Positions 42,196 through 51,361 of a stretch of DNA of 64,000 nt are shown here, in pieces. The notes beneath the pieces were generated by a model. It was not told where the DNA came from, searched no databases, and worked only from the letters and a program-made list of their open reading frames with translations. This DNA comes from Solirubrobacteraceae bacterium (lineage in GTDB: Bacteria > Actinomycetota > Thermoleophilia > Solirubrobacterales > Solirubrobacteraceae). The DNA lies in contig DASZEJ010000129.1 of NCBI GenBank assembly GCA_035940955.1, positions 16,768 through 80,767 on the forward strand, in the 5' to 3' direction. The translations under genes and the position numbers were made by a program. The stretch's first letter is position 1. Each line of letters starts with the position of its first letter.

Positions 42196-43343
42196 CCCGC
42201 GACCTGCGCCTCCTCTACGCCTACCGGATCGTCTCCCGGCTGTACTTCCACCTGCCGGTCCTGCTCGTCTTCTTCCTGCTCGAGGACTTCTCGATCTTCG
42301 CGGCCGAGGTGCTGCTCGCCGTCTACGGGCTCGCGGTCACCGTCGGGTCGGCGCTCGCCCCGCGCCTGCGCGGCGGGCTGCCGCGCAAGTGGCTCGTCGC
42401 CGGCGGGGAGGTGCTCAAGCTCGTGGGCCTGCTGCTCGTCGTCGCGACCGGCGAGGTGTGGGCCGCCGCCATCGGGCAGGCGGTCAACGGCCTCGGCTAC
42501 GCGATCACGCAGATGACCGACGCGTCGCTGCTCGCCGCGGTCGCCCCGAGCAAGGAGGCCAACGCGCGCGCGCAGTCGGGCACGCAGAGCTACATGTTCC
42601 TGGCCGTGCTCGTGGCGGGCGTCGTCGGCGCGGTGATGTTCGACGCCGACCGCGAGTCGGTGTTCTACGCCTCGATGGGCGCGGCGCTGCTGTCGGCGCT
42701 GATCGCCGCGGCGGTGCGCGAGCCGCGCGAGGAGCCGGCCGCCGCGGGCGGCGCAGCGGCGGCCCGGGGCGTGGGGGACCTGACCCCCGACGAGGCCTGG
42801 TGGGTGCGCTACTACGTGACGCTCCGCGCGGTCACGCTGGCCGTCTTCGTCGGCTTCCTGCCGTACCTCTTCTTCGTGATCATCGAGGTGAGCCTGGCGT
42901 GGTTCGGCGTCGTGCTCGGGATCTTCAGCCTCGCCGCGTTCCTCGGCGCGCGCTACGCGGTCGGGCTCATGGACCGCTTCGGCAAGCCGCCGCTGACGCT
43001 CGCGACGCTGCTGCTGTCGATCGGCTCGATGGCCGTGTTCGCGACCGAGCCGCCGCTCGGCGTCGCGCTGGTCGCGATGCTGCTGTTCGGCCTGTCGGCG
43101 GGCGGCGTGCGGCCGCTGACGATGAGCGGGCTCGGCGGGCGGCGCGGCGAGCTCGTGCCGGCGATGGAGCGGCGCTTCGGGCTCGTCAACGCGGCGATCC
43201 TCGTCGCGGGCGGCGCGCTGCTCGACGGGACCGACGACTTCCAGACGCTGATGATCGTGCTCACGGTCGCGTACGCGACCGCCCTGGCGGCGTTCCTCGT
43301 CAGGCCGTCGGGGGTGCCGGTGCTGCGGGAGGTGAGGAGATGA
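42192..43343 (+). CDS. MFS-type transporter
   Basis: About 10-12 hydrophobic segments in 383 aa. ATGA overlap upstream. Confidence 0.7.
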   Translation: MTRDLRLLYAYRIVSRLYFHLPVLLVFFLLEDFSIFAAEVLLAVYGLAVTVGSALAPRLRGGLPRKWLVAGGEVLKLVGLLLVVATGEVWAAAIGQAVNGLGYAITQMTDASLLAAVAPSKEANARAQSGTQSYMFLAVLVAGVVGAVMFDADRESVFYASMGAALLSALIAAAVREPREEPAAAGGAAAARGVGDLTPDEAWWVRYYVTLRAVTLAVFVGFLPYLFFVIIEVSLAWFGVVLGIFSLAAFLGARYAVGLMDRFGKPPLTLATLLLSIGSMAVFATEPPLGVALVAMLLFGLSAGGVRPLTMSGLGGRRGELVPAMERRFGLVNAAILVAGGALLDGTDDFQTLMIVLTVAYATALAAFLVRPSGVPVLREVRR

Positions 43344-44455
43344 GGAACGGCCTGGAGCGCGTCGACGCGGACGTCCACCCGCACTTCGACCGCGGCGTGG
43401 CGACGCTGGAGCCGTACCTCGACGCGGCCGGGAAGCGGCGCGTGCTGGGGTCGGCGTTCGGCCAGGCGTGGGCGGCGGAGGCGTACGCCTCGCAGTTCAC
43501 GCTCCCCAAGAACGACCTCTACATCAACCCGGGCGGCGTCATGCGCCGCGACACGTACACGCCGGACGGCTCGGTGCCGGGATCAGACCCCGACCTGCTC
43601 GTCGAGCAGCTCGTCGAGGGCTGCGACGTCGACCGGGCGGTGCTGACCTGCGGGAACACGATGGGGCTGGGCGCGCTGGCCGACCCCGACCTCGCCGCGC
43701 GCGTCGCCTCGGCGGTCAACGAGTGGATGCTGGAGCGCTGGCTGCAGCACGACAGGCGGCTGCGCGGCTCGCTGCTGGTCGCACCGCAGGACGCGACGCT
43801 CGCCGCGGCCGAGATCGACCGGATGGCCGGGCGCGACGGCTTCGTCCAGGTCCACATGCCGATGCGCGAGGGGCTGATCGGCGAGCGCCACTACTGGCCG
43901 ATCTACGCGGCGGCCGAGCGCCACGGGCTGCCGGTCGCCATCCACCCGAACTCCGTGGACACGATCTACCGCCACGCGCCGAACATCGCCGGCGGCACGC
44001 CCACGTACTACATCGAGTGGCACTCGACGCTGACCGAGATCTTCCAGGCGGCGGTGATCAGCCTCGTCTGCCAGGGCGTGTTCGAGCGGTTCCCGGGGCT
44101 GAAGGTCGTGGTCACCGAAGGCGGGTTCGCGTGGCTCGTGGACGTGCTGTGGCGGATGGACAAGAACTGGGAGTCGCTGCGCGAGGAGGTGCCCTGGCTC
44201 AAGCGGCGGCCGAGCGAGTACGTGTTCGACCACGTCCGCTTCACCACGCAGCCGTTCCCCGAGCCCGAGCGGCCCGAGCACCTCGCCGCGGTGTGCGAGA
44301 TCGTGCAGGCCGACCGGACGCTGCTGTTCAGCTCCGACTATCCGCACTGGGACTTCGACAACCCGCTGCGGGCGATCGCCAAGCTGCCCGAGCAGACGCG
44401 CCGGCGCGTGCAGGCCGACAACGCGGTCGAGCTGTACGGCGACCGCCTGCTCTGA
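43340..44455 (+). CDS. amidohydrolase-2 (ACMSD-like) family metal-dependent hydrolase/decarboxylase
   Basis: 'VDADVHPH' N-terminal metal motif, 'AIHPN' and 'SDYPHWDFD' C-terminal motif. ATGA overlap upstream. Confidence 0.75.
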   Translation: MRNGLERVDADVHPHFDRGVATLEPYLDAAGKRRVLGSAFGQAWAAEAYASQFTLPKNDLYINPGGVMRRDTYTPDGSVPGSDPDLLVEQLVEGCDVDRAVLTCGNTMGLGALADPDLAARVASAVNEWMLERWLQHDRRLRGSLLVAPQDATLAAAEIDRMAGRDGFVQVHMPMREGLIGERHYWPIYAAAERHGLPVAIHPNSVDTIYRHAPNIAGGTPTYYIEWHSTLTEIFQAAVISLVCQGVFERFPGLKVVVTEGGFAWLVDVLWRMDKNWESLREEVPWLKRRPSEYVFDHVRFTTQPFPEPERPEHLAAVCEIVQADRTLLFSSDYPHWDFDNPLRAIAKLPEQTRRRVQADNAVELYGDRLL

Positions 44456-44808
44456 TGGCCCGCCACGTCGTCTGCCGGGCGGACGAGCTTCCGCCGGGCG
44501 GCGTGCGCGAGGTCGAGGTCGGCGGGCGCAGCATCGGAGTGCTCAACGTGGACGGAACGCTCTACGCGCTGCGCAACGTCTGCCCGCACCAGGGCGCGCC
44601 GCTGTGCCGCGGGACCGTCGGCGGGACGATGCTGCCCTCGCGCCCGCAGGAGTGGGTCTACGGCCGCGACGGCCAGGTGCTCCGCTGCCCGTGGCACGGC
44701 TGGGAGTTCGACCTCACCACTGGACGGTCGCTGATCGATCCGGCGCGCGTGCGGGTGAAGGCGTACCCCGTAGCGGTCGAGGAGGGGAACGTCGTCGTGG
44801 AGGTGTAA
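44455..44808 (+). CDS. Rieske [2Fe-2S] domain protein
   Basis: 'CPHQGAPL' and 'CPWHGWEF' are the Rieske ligand motifs. The ATG overlaps the upstream TGA by 1 nt. Confidence 0.9.
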   Translation: MARHVVCRADELPPGGVREVEVGGRSIGVLNVDGTLYALRNVCPHQGAPLCRGTVGGTMLPSRPQEWVYGRDGQVLRCPWHGWEFDLTTGRSLIDPARVRVKAYPVAVEEGNVVVEV

Positions 44809-44836
44809 CCGGTCCTCGCCCGGGTAGCGCACCAAC

Positions 44837-45814
44837 ATGCGGATCGGTGCGTTCGTCGTCCACTACCGGTTCTGGCCGGACGTCCGCGGGACGCTCGACG
44901 CGCTGCTCGAGCAGACGCGACCGCCCGACGACGTCCTCGTGGTCGACGACCGGTCGGACGACGGCTCGGTCGACGCGATCCGCGCCGCCTACCCGGCCGT
45001 CGACGTCCTGGAGGCGCCGCGCAACCGCGGCGTGATCGCCAACTTCCAGGCCGGCATCGACGCGATGCTCGCCCGCGGGGCCGACGCGATCTTCATCCTC
45101 ACGCACGAGACGCTGCTCGAGCCGGACGCGCTCGAGGTGCTCGCGCGCCGGCTGGAGGAGGACCCGCGGGTCGGCGAGGTCGCGCCGCTGATCGGCTGGC
45201 TGAGCCGGCCGGACGTCGTCTTCTCGGCGGGCGGGGCGCTGCTCAGCAGGACGTGGGAGAACCCGCACAACGGGATGTACGAGCCGCTGGCGCGCTGGCG
45301 CGGGCGCGGGCCGCAGCGCCGGCCGTGGGTCGACGGCGCGTGCGTGCTGCTGCGGGCCGAGGCGGTGCGCCAGGCCGGGCCGCTCGAGGTCCGCTACCAC
45401 CACTACTACGACGACGTCCACCTCGGCGTGCGGCTCAACCAGCTCGGCTGGCGGGTCGAGTGCCACTGCGACGCCGTCGCCTACCAGCAGCCCGGCGAGC
45501 TGGCCGAGTACTACCGCGTCCGCAACCGGCTCGGCTGGCTGCGCGCCACCGCGCCGCGCCGCGTGTTCAACCGCGCGCTCGCCGGCTACGCGCGGCGCTT
45601 CGTCGCCGACCTGCGCGAGGAGCCCGCCCTGGCCGTCGCCATCGCGCGGGGCGTGCGCGACTTCGCCCTCGGCCGCTGGGGGCCCGCCCCGGAGCGCTAC
45701 GAGGCCGCGCGGCGGGTCCACGAGCCGAGCATCGGCGGCGCGATCGACCTCGTGCCCGATCCGCCGGCGGCCGAGCCGCCGGTGGCCGCGCTCGCCACGT
45801 CGGACGCCGAGTGA
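44837..45814 (+). CDS. family 2 glycosyltransferase
   Basis: 'VVHYRFWPD...VLVVDDRSDDGS' (GT-A DxD region) and 'DGACVLLR'. Confidence 0.8.
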   Translation: MRIGAFVVHYRFWPDVRGTLDALLEQTRPPDDVLVVDDRSDDGSVDAIRAAYPAVDVLEAPRNRGVIANFQAGIDAMLARGADAIFILTHETLLEPDALEVLARRLEEDPRVGEVAPLIGWLSRPDVVFSAGGALLSRTWENPHNGMYEPLARWRGRGPQRRPWVDGACVLLRAEAVRQAGPLEVRYHHYYDDVHLGVRLNQLGWRVECHCDAVAYQQPGELAEYYRVRNRLGWLRATAPRRVFNRALAGYARRFVADLREEPALAVAIARGVRDFALGRWGPAPERYEAARRVHEPSIGGAIDLVPDPPAAEPPVAALATSDAE

Positions 45815-46566
45815 GGGTCGCGTTGCAGAGCGTCGACCTGCACCTGCACCTCCTGCCGGGGATCGACGACGGCGCGCCCGACGTGCGCACGGCGGTCGCG
45901 CACGCGCGGCGGATGGCCGCCGCGGGCGTCGTCGAGGCGGCGTGCACGCCGCACGTCAAGCACTGCTTCCCGGACGTCGTGGTCGACGAGGTCCCGGACC
46001 GCACGGCGGCGCTGCAGGTGGCGCTGGACGACGCGGGGATCGCGCTGCGGCTGCACGCGGGCGCGGAGCTGGACTGGCGCCGCGCGACCGAGCTGACCGC
46101 CGGCGAGCTCGAGGGGATCGCGCTGGGGCCGCCCGAGCAGCGCTGGGTGCTGCTCGAGGCGCCGTTCGAGGGCGTGCACGAGGGGTTCTGCGCGGTCGCG
46201 GAGGAGCTGCTGGAGAGCGGCTACGGCGTGCTGCTCGCCCACCCGGAGCGCGCGCCCGGCGTGCTCGGCGGCGGCCGGCGGCGGCTGGCCCGGCTGCTCG
46301 ACGCCGGTTGCCGGCTGCAGGTCAACGCCGCCTCGCTGGTCGGCGAGCACGGCGCCGAGCCGCGCGCCGCCGCGGTCGCGCTGCTGCGGGCCGGCCGCGT
46401 GTTCGCGCTCGCCTCGGACGGGCATCCGGGCACCCGCGGCGAGGTGCTCCCGCACGTCGCGCGGCGGGCGCTGCGCGCCGCCGGCGCCCCCGCCGCGGAG
46501 CTCGAGCGGCTGATCGCGACCAACCCGCGCCGGCTGCTGCCGGCCGAGGTGGGCGCGATCCGGTGA
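45811..46566 (+). CDS. CpsB/YwqE-like PHP-family protein-tyrosine phosphatase
   Basis: 'VDLHLHLLPGIDDGAPD', 'TPHV' and 'LLAHPER'. GTGA overlap with the GT2 gene. Confidence 0.75.
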   Translation: MRVALQSVDLHLHLLPGIDDGAPDVRTAVAHARRMAAAGVVEAACTPHVKHCFPDVVVDEVPDRTAALQVALDDAGIALRLHAGAELDWRRATELTAGELEGIALGPPEQRWVLLEAPFEGVHEGFCAVAEELLESGYGVLLAHPERAPGVLGGGRRRLARLLDAGCRLQVNAASLVGEHGAEPRAAAVALLRAGRVFALASDGHPGTRGEVLPHVARRALRAAGAPAAELERLIATNPRRLLPAEVGAIR

Positions 46567-47228
46567 GCGCGCCCTACCCTGGAGGGATGAGCGGACCGGG
46601 GCCAGCCCGCAGTGTGAAGATCGGCGAGGACGAGCGCGGCGGGTGGTCGTCCGACCGGCCGCGCCGCGGGAAGGGCCCGGAGCGGCCCGCCGACATCTCG
46701 ACGCGCTGCCGCGTGCTGCAGCCGGCCGATCGCCTGCGCTACTCGCCCGGCAGCCTCGTCGTCGTCGTCTCGGGGTCCGAGGACGACGCCGACCGGCTCG
46801 CCCAGCGCGTGTTCGAGGAGCGCGGCGCGGTGCTGTCGACCGTCAAGGTGCGCGCGCTGCTGGCGGGCAAGGTCGCGGAGGAGGAGATCGACGCGAAGGC
46901 CGAGGCGCTGCTCGCGGCGGCCGCCGCCAAGCGCCTCCAGGCGGGCGACAGCACCGTGGTCGCCGGCAAGTTCCTCGACGCGGCCGAGCGCGAGCCGCTC
47001 GTGCGCCTGGCGGCCAGCCTGCGCCGGCCGCGGCACGTGATCCTCCTCGAGACCGGTCGCGAGCAGACGGGCGACGAGGACCGCCCGAAGCTCAACGAGC
47101 TGCGCCGCGCGCTCGACATCGGCGAGCTGGGGTCGGAGGGGTTCCAGACCGCGCTGCGCCTCGGCGGCGGCGCGGTGGCTGAGCTGAAGCGGATCGTGTT
47201 CCGCCCGCCGCCGCGCGACGACGACTGA
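46563..47228 (+). CDS. P-loop-kinase-like (AAA_33/PNK-like) protein with a degenerate Walker A
   Basis: The layout 'SLVVVVSGSEDDADRLAQRVF...VLSTV...STVVAGKFLDAAEREPLVRLA...HVILLE...EGFQ' mirrors small P-loop kinases, but GxxGxGK[ST] is replaced by 'SGSEDDAD'. The GTG at 46563 overlaps the upstream stop; an alternative ATG lies at 46587. Confidence 0.5.
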   Translation: MSAPYPGGMSGPGPARSVKIGEDERGGWSSDRPRRGKGPERPADISTRCRVLQPADRLRYSPGSLVVVVSGSEDDADRLAQRVFEERGAVLSTVKVRALLAGKVAEEEIDAKAEALLAAAAAKRLQAGDSTVVAGKFLDAAEREPLVRLAASLRRPRHVILLETGREQTGDEDRPKLNELRRALDIGELGSEGFQTALRLGGGAVAELKRIVFRPPPRDDD

Positions 47229-47348
47229 GGGGGAGGGCGCCGGGGGGCGCCGCGCGCACCGCACCGCGCTCTCCGCATCGGCGCCGCGCGCCCGCACCGC
47301 CCCGCCAACCGGCGCCCCGCCGCACCGCGCCGTGGGAGAATCGCCGCC

Positions 47349-49811
47349 GTGCGCCGCCTGCCGCTGCTCGCCCTCGCGCTGTCACTCGCGGTCGCGGCGC
47401 CCGCCGCGGCCCAGGACGACAGCGCGCGGTACGCGCTCGTCCACGGCTGCTACGCGCTCCAGGCGCCGTCGGGCAAGCTCGTCGCGAAGGACGCGACAGG
47501 CGCCTACCGCGCCACCGCGGGCGGCGTGGGCGAGGCCGAGCCGTTCCGCATGCAGGCCACCCGGCTCGGCCAGTACCTGCTCTACGGCAGGGCGCGCGAC
47601 TTCATGTCCGGCGGCGACGCGGGCGTCCGGAGCGCCTCGGCGCCGGACGGCACCGCGGACTGGCGGGTCGACGTGGCCGGCGACGGCTTCCGCCTGACGC
47701 TGCCCGACGCGGGCGGCCGGGCGCTCGGCCTCGACGGCGACCGGCTGCGGCTCGTCTCCGGCGCGGGCGAGCGGTGGAGGTTCGTCCAGGCGGAGGGCTG
47801 CCCGGCGTACCCGGAGGTCGAGCTCAACGCGACCGGCCAGACCCAGCGCCACCCGACCGCGCTCGGCGAGGTGCGCGGCACGGTCGACGCCCACATGCAT
47901 CAGATGGCGTTCGAGTTCATCGGCGGCAGCGTCCACTGCGGGCGCCCCTGGCACCCCTACGGCGTCGAGTACGCCCTCGTCGACTGCCCCGACCACGCCA
48001 CCGGCATCGCGCCGCTCGAGACCGCGCTGAAGGGCAAGGAGCGCCACGACCCGGTCGGCTGGCCGACGTTCCGCGACTGGCCCGACGACAGGTCGCTGAC
48101 CCACGAGTCGTCGTACTACAAGTGGGTTGAGCGGGCGTGGATGGGCGGCCTGCGGGTCTTCACCAACCTGCTCGTCGACAACGGCGTGCTGTGCGAGGTC
48201 TATCCCCTCAAGCGCAACAGCTGCGACGAGATGGCGACCGTCCGCCTCGAGGCGAAGCGGATGTTCGAGCTGCAGGACTACATCGACGCCCAGTGGGGCG
48301 GCCCGGGCAAGGGCTGGTACCGCATCGTCCGCGACCCGTTCGAGGCGCGGCGCGTCATCAGCGAGGGCAAGCTCGCGGTGATCATGGGGATCGAGGTCTC
48401 GCGGCTCTTCGACTGCACGATCCAGAACCGCCAGCCCGAGTGCACGCGGGAGGACATCGACCGGCAGCTCGGCGAGGTCTACGACATGGGCGTCCGCCAG
48501 ATGGAGCTCATCAACAAGTTCGACAACGCGTTCGGCGGCGTGGCGGGCGACTCGGGCGACACGGGCCTCGTGACCAACACCGGCAACCGGTACGAGACGG
48601 GCCAGTACTGGGACATGCGGACGTGCGACGGGCCGGCGCACGCCCACGACCGCGAGCAGCACAGCGCCCACAACGAGGACAACCTGATCGCGAACGGCAT
48701 CGCCGCGTTCGTCCCGCCGGGGACGGCGCCGGTCTATCCCGCCCCGCCGCACTGCAACGCGTACGGCCTGACCGAGCTGGGCGCGCACCTCGTGAACCGG
48801 ATGATCGACCGGGGCATGATCGTCGACCCCGACCACCTGAGCGTGCTCGCCCGCAACCAGCTGCTGGACGTGGTGGAGGCGCGCGACTACTCGGGCGTCG
48901 TCTCGAGCCACAGCTGGAGCACGCCGGACTCGTACCCGCGGATCTACCGCGTCGGCGGCGTCATCACGCCGTACGCCGGCGACTCGGAGTCGTTCGTGCA
49001 GCAGTGGCGCGAGACCAAGCCGATGCGCGGCGACAAGCGCTTCTACTTCGGGTTCGGCTACGGGGCGGACATGAACGGCTTCGGCTCGCAGGGCGGCCCG
49101 CGCGGCGCGAACGTCCCCAACCCGGTGACGTATCCGTTCAAGTCGTTCGTCGGCGACGTGACGTTCGACAAGCAGCGCAGCGGCGAGCGGGTCTACGACG
49201 TCAACGTCGAGGGCGTCGACCACTACGGCCTGTACCCCGACTGGATCGAGGACCTGCGCAAGCTGGCCGGCGACGAGATCGTCGAGGACATGGCGCGCGG
49301 CGCCGAGGCCTACCTGCAGATGTGGGAGCGCGCGGTCGGCGTGCCGGCGATGGAGTGCCGCGGGGCGCACCTGGGCTTCACCGCGCGCGGGCTCGGCGGC
49401 GTCGAGCTGGGCGCCGGCCCCGAGCGCGTCCTGCGCCGCGCGACCCAGCCGCGGCGCCGCGCCGCGCGGACGTGGGAGTGGTGCGTGGAGGGCGACGACA
49501 AGGGCACGAACCTGACGGCGCGCACGATGGCGGTGTTCACGCCGGAGGGCACGGTCGGCCTCGTCGCCAGCGACGCGCGCACGCACGTCGCCAAGGGCGT
49601 CCACCGCGGCACCCGAGCGCGTCGCGCCCGGCTGCGCACGCGCGCGTTCGGCAAGGGCGTCCGCGTCCGCCGCGCGGCGAGGGGCTCGGACGCCAAGCTC
49701 GTCTACGTGCTGCGAGGCGGCCGGGTGCGGTACGTGGCGGTGGCGACCGGCGAGGCCTCGCGCGACCGGGCGACGCTGCGGCGCTACCTGCGGCTGACCG
49801 GGCTGGGGTAG
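47349..49811 (+). CDS. secreted 820-aa protein, possible metal-dependent hydrolase (function uncertain)
   Basis: Signal peptide 'MRRLPLLALALSLAVAAPAAA'. His-rich motifs 'DAHMHQMAFEF' and 'DPDHLS...SSHSW' suggest a TIM-barrel metallohydrolase, but this is weak. Confidence 0.6.
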   Translation: MRRLPLLALALSLAVAAPAAAQDDSARYALVHGCYALQAPSGKLVAKDATGAYRATAGGVGEAEPFRMQATRLGQYLLYGRARDFMSGGDAGVRSASAPDGTADWRVDVAGDGFRLTLPDAGGRALGLDGDRLRLVSGAGERWRFVQAEGCPAYPEVELNATGQTQRHPTALGEVRGTVDAHMHQMAFEFIGGSVHCGRPWHPYGVEYALVDCPDHATGIAPLETALKGKERHDPVGWPTFRDWPDDRSLTHESSYYKWVERAWMGGLRVFTNLLVDNGVLCEVYPLKRNSCDEMATVRLEAKRMFELQDYIDAQWGGPGKGWYRIVRDPFEARRVISEGKLAVIMGIEVSRLFDCTIQNRQPECTREDIDRQLGEVYDMGVRQMELINKFDNAFGGVAGDSGDTGLVTNTGNRYETGQYWDMRTCDGPAHAHDREQHSAHNEDNLIANGIAAFVPPGTAPVYPAPPHCNAYGLTELGAHLVNRMIDRGMIVDPDHLSVLARNQLLDVVEARDYSGVVSSHSWSTPDSYPRIYRVGGVITPYAGDSESFVQQWRETKPMRGDKRFYFGFGYGADMNGFGSQGGPRGANVPNPVTYPFKSFVGDVTFDKQRSGERVYDVNVEGVDHYGLYPDWIEDLRKLAGDEIVEDMARGAEAYLQMWERAVGVPAMECRGAHLGFTARGLGGVELGAGPERVLRRATQPRRRAARTWEWCVEGDDKGTNLTARTMAVFTPEGTVGLVASDARTHVAKGVHRGTRARRARLRTRAFGKGVRVRRAARGSDAKLVYVLRGGRVRYVAVATGEASRDRATLRRYLRLTGLG

Positions 49812-49822
49812 CGGCCACGACG

Positions 49823-49852
49823 CTTGACGGCCGCATAGCGAACAAAATACGG
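49823..49852 (+). promoter_or_regulatory. putative promoter upstream of the S1 protease gene
   Basis: TTGACG (49823-49828), an 18-nt spacer, then TACGGT (49847-49852), all within a locally AT-rich patch. Confidence 0.3.
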
Positions 49853-49926
49853 TTTATCATCGGTCGCAGACCGAGACAAGGCCGCCGTAGGGACGCCGGT
49901 CGACATCCACCACGGAAGGAGGGGCT

Positions 49927-51306
49927 GTGCCCAAGCAGCCTCGAGCCGGACGCTCACCCCTGCGGATGCGGGCGGCCACGCCCGGCGGCCGGCCCCGCCC
50001 GCTGACCGCTCTCGCAGCCACGACCCTCGTTGCCGTCGCCGCGCTCGCGTCCGGCGGCCTCCCGTTCAGCGCGCGGGCCGCCGGCGGGGCCGGCGAGACG
50101 CCGCTCGAGTCCTCGCCAGCCACGCCGCTGACCCGGGTGCCGCCGGAGCACCGCGGGTTCGTCGTCCTGCGGTCGATCGCGGAGTCGCCGCAGTTCGCCG
50201 ACACGTACGCCGGCGACGTCGAGAACGAGCACGGCGGCACCACGATCTACGCCACGCGGCCCGGGATGGCGGGGCTCGCCCACGCGCTCGAGCGCGAGCT
50301 CGGGCCGCCCGCGGCGGACACGTACGAGCTGCGGCCCGCGACGATGAGCTACAAGGCGCTCGACGCCCTCACGCAGCGGATCGCCAAGGCCGCGCCCGCG
50401 CTGGCAGAAGACGGCGTCAAGCTCATGATGTGGGGACCCGATCCCGCCTCCAACAAGGTCAGGGCCGAGATCGCCGACTACACGCCGGCGCGTGCGGAGG
50501 TCCTCACCAACCGGTTCGGGGACGACGTCACGGTCGTCGCGGCGGCGTCCGACGAGCCCATGCACACGTACGCGCTGAACAGGTTCTACGACACCCCGTC
50601 CTTCTACAACGGCGTCTCCATCCGCACGTGGGACGGCGCCCCCTACCGCTGCACGCACTCCTTCGTCGTGCGCGGCCAGTGGTCCGGCGACAAGTTCGGT
50701 CTCACCGCGGGCCACTGCGGAGGGAACAACATCACCACGAACGAGTCGGTCATGTACTCGATGGGGCGGGTCTCGACGAACTACTTCTACGAGCAGCAGG
50801 TCGGAGGATGGGACCTGCTCTCGTTCAGGTGCTCCCCATGCTCGACCACCGGCTGGGTCTGGCACGAGAACTCGGCGAGTCGCGACGAGGTCGGCTCGAC
50901 GCACCGCGTGGCCGGCGTGTGCACCTGGTGTGACCGTGTGCTCGACAACCCGGAGAACGTCGCCGTCGACGGCGCGGTCAGGGGTGAGGTCAGGTACAAC
51001 GCCGTCGTCACTCGCGACATGTGCTTCATCTTCGACGCGTACGAGATCGACAGAGCCCTGTACATCTGCCACCTCAACAGGGTGGTCAACGACACCGCTC
51101 GTACCTACCACTTCAGGGTCTGCGGCAAGGGTGACAGCGGCGGACCCGTCTATCAGCGCGACGGGTCGTCCAGCGACCTGGTGTACGCGGCCGGCGTCCT
51201 GGTCGGGGGCGACCAGCCCGGGGCGATCTGCATCTACCACGACATGACCCGGGTCCTGAGGATGACGAACACCGATCTCATCACCCCGGTCGAGCCCACG
51301 CCGTAG
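49927..51306 (+). CDS. secreted S1-family (alpha-lytic/streptogrisin-like) serine protease with a pro-region
   Basis: GGAAGGAGGGG sits 3 nt upstream of the GTG. A signal-like segment 'LTALAATTLVAVAALASG' is present. Catalytic motifs are 'TAGHCG' and 'CGKGDSGGPVY'. Confidence 0.85.
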   Translation: MPKQPRAGRSPLRMRAATPGGRPRPLTALAATTLVAVAALASGGLPFSARAAGGAGETPLESSPATPLTRVPPEHRGFVVLRSIAESPQFADTYAGDVENEHGGTTIYATRPGMAGLAHALERELGPPAADTYELRPATMSYKALDALTQRIAKAAPALAEDGVKLMMWGPDPASNKVRAEIADYTPARAEVLTNRFGDDVTVVAAASDEPMHTYALNRFYDTPSFYNGVSIRTWDGAPYRCTHSFVVRGQWSGDKFGLTAGHCGGNNITTNESVMYSMGRVSTNYFYEQQVGGWDLLSFRCSPCSTTGWVWHENSASRDEVGSTHRVAGVCTWCDRVLDNPENVAVDGAVRGEVRYNAVVTRDMCFIFDAYEIDRALYICHLNRVVNDTARTYHFRVCGKGDSGGPVYQRDGSSSDLVYAAGVLVGGDQPGAICIYHDMTRVLRMTNTDLITPVEPTP

Positions 51307-51331
51307 CGACGGCAGGGAGACATCGCGTGGG

Positions 51332-51353
51332 GCTACCCGCTTCGGCGGGTAGC
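51332..51353 (+). terminator. stem-loop downstream of the protease gene
   Basis: GCTACCCGC-ttcg-GCGGGTAGC followed by TT. It sits only 8 nt before the next GTG start. Confidence 0.4.
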
Positions 51354-51361
51354 TTCGCGTC

